Assembly (NCBI GenBank): GCA_963764715.1
Contig: CAVXTP010000022.1
Span: 656,665-720,664 of the forward strand
From: an uncultured Acidobacteriota bacterium
Lineage (GTDB): Bacteria; Acidobacteriota; Thermoanaerobaculia; UBA5066; Gp7-AA6
Length of the DNA: 64,000 nucleotides
Direction: 5' to 3'
In this document: positions 61,561-64,000 of the stretch, in pieces
Position numbering within the stretch: position 1 is the first letter of the stretch
How the letters are laid out: every line of letters begins with the position of its first letter
Translations under genes and position numbers: made by a program
Notes under the pieces: generated by a model
Seen by the model: the letters and a program-made list of their open reading frames with translations, nothing else
Told to the model about the DNA's origin: nothing
Database searches by the model: none

Positions 61561-62357
61561 TCCTTGACTCCCCGCGTCCAGGACGGCTTTCGCTTCTCGA
61601 GGAAAGCCGTCAGCCCTTCCTTCGCCTCCGCCGAGGCGCGCCGCTCCGCGATCGTGCGGACCGTCAGCGGCATCGCCTCCTCGGGCGTCTTCCACGCGAC
61701 CTGCTCGATGAGCCGCTTCGCGACGCGCACGGCCTCGGGGGCCGACGACAGGATCGACGCGGCCTTGCGCTCACCCGCGGCGGCGAGCTCGCCGGCCTCG
61801 ACGACCTGGTGGACCAGGCCGATCCGAAGGGCCTCCCGGGCATCGAAGCGGTCGCCCGTGAGGAAGTAGTCGCGGGCGGCCCGCGGCCCGATCGCCCGCA
61901 GCACGTAGGGCGAAATCACCGCCGGCAGGATCCCGAGCTTGACCTCGGCGAGCGAGAAGACGGTGCCTTCCGCGGCGATCGCGATGTCGGCCGCGGCCAC
62001 GAGCCCCACCCCCCCGCCGATCGCCGCACCGTGGGCGAGCGCGATGACCGGCCGGGGGCAGGCGTCGATGCCGCGGAGCATGCGCGCCATGCGGCCGGCG
62101 TCGGCCTCGTTCTCCGCCTGCGAGTAGCCGCCGGCCTTGCGCATCCAGGCGACGTCGGCCCCGGCGCAGAACGTCGGACCGTCGCCCGCGAGCACCACGA
62201 CCCGCGTCTCGGGGTCCTCCCCGGCTTCCCGGAAGGCCCGCGTCAGCTCGTCGATCAGGGCGTCGTCGAACGCGTTGCGAGCCTCGGGACGAGCGAGCGT
62301 GATGCGCCGGAGCGCTCCGTCGCGCTCGACGCGCAGGTTCCGGTAGGCCTCGCTCAC
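61557..62357 (-). CDS. Enoyl-CoA hydratase (methylglutaconyl-CoA hydratase, LiuC-like)
   Basis: RNAFD, FCAGAD, GGGVGL, EVKLGI.PA and EG..AFLEKR. Confidence 0.93.
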   Translation of the reverse strand: MSEAYRNLRVERDGALRRITLARPEARNAFDDALIDELTRAFREAGEDPETRVVVLAGDGPTFCAGADVAWMRKAGGYSQAENEADAGRMARMLRGIDACPRPVIALAHGAAIGGGVGLVAAADIAIAAEGTVFSLAEVKLGILPAVISPYVLRAIGPRAARDYFLTGDRFDAREALRIGLVHQVVEAGELAAAGERKAASILSSAPEAVRVAKRLIEQVAWKTPEEAMPLTVRTIAERRASAEAKEGLTAFLEKRKPSWTRGVKE

Positions 62358-63127
62358 GAAGCGTCCGTCAGGTGCCCGGAGAGGTCGAGGGGCACGACGA
62401 CGTCGCCCCCCTTCAGCCTCAGGACGAGCTGGCCCTTGAGGCGCACCGCGACGTCGCCGCCGGAGACGAGGGCCTGTCCCGCCGCGGCGAGCAGCGAGCC
62501 GTGGTCGATCTCGATCGGCAGCTGAAGGAGGTTCTTCTGGCCGGCGTGGAGGATCATGCCGCGCGCCGCGCCGTCGCCGACCTGCTCGCCCTCGGCGAAG
62601 AGGACGTAGCGCGCCTCGGCGATGCGGACGTCGAAGCCGAGCGGGTTCAGGATCGCGAGATCGCCGACGGCTTCGCTCGAGAGCAGGCTCATCTCGGTCA
62701 GGCGCACGTTCTGGAGGGAAAGGAACTTCTCCGCGTCGCCTCCTTCGAACTCGACGTCGTGGAAGGACTGCGTCCCCGTCCACTCGCGCGGTGCGGCGCC
62801 GGGAGCTCCGGAGGAGCCGCGCAGCCGGTAGCTGAAGGTGTCGGTGCGGAAGCCCTCGGTCCACGCGGCGGGAAGCTCGGCGTACTTCACCACGACCGGA
62901 AGCCGCCAGCGCCCTTCCGCGTGCTCGACGGTCCCGGACACCGGGAGCTCCGCGGTCGAGCCGTTCAGGGCGAGCGTGCCCCGAAAGGGCCCCGGCGGCA
63001 GGTCGGCGGCCGGCCCCGAGATCGTAGCCCGGGCCTCCTTGTCGCCGGCGGTCTGGACGCTGAACCGGATCGGGCCGGCGGACGGAGCGGCGAGGAGGGC
63101 GACGAGGATGGCGGCGAGGGTTCTCAT
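62354..63127 (-). CDS. Secreted LEA_2/WHy-domain protein
   Basis: Signal peptide; ILNP.GFD.RI...Y.L...G..VG.G pattern. Confidence 0.7.
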   Translation of the reverse strand: MRTLAAILVALLAAPSAGPIRFSVQTAGDKEARATISGPAADLPPGPFRGTLALNGSTAELPVSGTVEHAEGRWRLPVVVKYAELPAAWTEGFRTDTFSYRLRGSSGAPGAAPREWTGTQSFHDVEFEGGDAEKFLSLQNVRLTEMSLLSSEAVGDLAILNPLGFDVRIAEARYVLFAEGEQVGDGAARGMILHAGQKNLLQLPIEIDHGSLLAAAGQALVSGGDVAVRLKGQLVLRLKGGDVVVPLDLSGHLTDAS

Positions 63128-63128
63128 G

Positions 63129-64000
63129 TCACATCCGGAAAACGCCGAACTCCGTCTCCGGGACCGGCGCGTTGTAGGCCGCCGAGAGCGCGAGGGCGAG
63201 CGCGGTCCGGGTCTCCCTCGGATCGAGCACGCCGTCGTCCCAGAGGCGGGCGGTGGAGTAATAGGGATGACCTTCGATCTCGTACTTGTCGCGCGTCGGC
63301 TTTTCGAACACCGCGACCTCCTCGGGCGTCATCGGCGGCTTGCCGGCCCGGGCGAGCTGCTCCTGCTTGACCGTCGAGAGCACGGAGGCCGCCTGCGGCC
63401 CGCCCATCACCGAGATGCGGGAGTTGGGCCACATGAAGAGGAAGCGCGGCGAGTAGGCCCGCCCGCACATCCCGTAGTTGCCGGCGCCGAACGAGCCACC
63501 GATGATGACCGTGAGCTTCGGCACGGCGGCGTTGGCTACGGCGTGCACCATCTTGGCGCCGTCCTTGGCGATCCCGCCCCGCTCGTAGTCCTTGCCGACC
63601 ATGAATCCGGTGATGTTCTGGAGGAAGAGCAGCGGCACGCGGCGCCGCGCGCACACCTGGACGAAGTGCGTGGCCTTGAGCGCCGACTCGGAGAAGAGGA
63701 TTCCGTTGTTGGCCACGATCCCGACGAGGAACCCGGCGAGCCGCGCGAAGCCGCAGACGAGGGTCGTGCCGTAGCGGGCCTTGAATTCCTCGAAGCGCGA
63801 GCCGTCCACCAGGCGCGCGACGACCTCGCGCACGTCGTAGGGCTGGCGCGGGTCGCTCGGGACGATGCCGTAGATCTCCCGGGGGTCGTAGGCCGGCTCC
63901 TCCGGCGTCTCGCGGTCGGGAGGAAGGGACTTCGCCGTGTGGAGATTGCCGACGATCGAGCGCGTGATCTCGAGGGCGTGGGCGTCGTCCTCGGCGAGGT
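63129..64000 (-). CDS. Methylcrotonyl-CoA carboxylase beta (carboxyltransferase) subunit, 3' part; truncated by the window edge
   Basis: [32 protein letters not shown] and STARLWDDG. Confidence 0.95.
   Translation of the reverse strand, partial: LAEDDAHALEITRSIVGNLHTAKSLPPDRETPEEPAYDPREIYGIVPSDPRQPYDVREVVARLVDGSRFEEFKARYGTTLVCGFARLAGFLVGIVANNGILFSESALKATHFVQVCARRRVPLLFLQNITGFMVGKDYERGGIAKDGAKMVHAVANAAVPKLTVIIGGSFGAGNYGMCGRAYSPRFLFMWPNSRISVMGGPQAASVLSTVKQEQLARAGKPPMTPEEVAVFEKPTRDKYEIEGHPYYSTARLWDDGVLDPRETRTALALALSAAYNAPVPETEFGVFRM

Overview
High-GC (roughly 70% by eye) bacterial chromosome segment. The Cys-containing SLH-like GCGxGxF/YCP repeats, kinase-TolB-TPR proteins and a conserved hypothetical near coaX suggest Acidobacteriota, Thermoanaerobaculia-like (inference). 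Housekeeping blocks are acpS-ileS-lspA-lgt-rluD at the left end and, on the minus strand at the right, a leucine-catabolism (liu-type) cluster, a RomR-like gene and valS-birA-coaX-hyp-rlmD-comEC-miaA-hfq. Between them is an accessory stretch of about 8-42 kb: an ECF sigma with an Ogt-Ada gene, redox genes, secreted hydrolases, SLH surface proteins, msrPQ, a radical SAM gene and tRNA-Gly(CCC). Four observations stand out. (1) A roughly 2,440-codon Ser/Thr kinase carries five tandem TolB-like/TPR modules, is broken by two local frameshifts and is followed by a B12-type radical SAM gene. (2) An ECF sigma is coupled to a reversed-architecture Ogt-Ada protein that may act as an alkylation-sensing anti-sigma. 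(3) A secreted-protein gene is flanked by a reciprocally decayed duplication of the creatininase 3' end plus the tRNA promoter. (4) A RomR/PopZ-like scaffold gene lies upstream of valS. No CRISPR array, integrase or transposase was seen. Start codons were re-chosen by eye and product names come from recognised motifs, not database searches.
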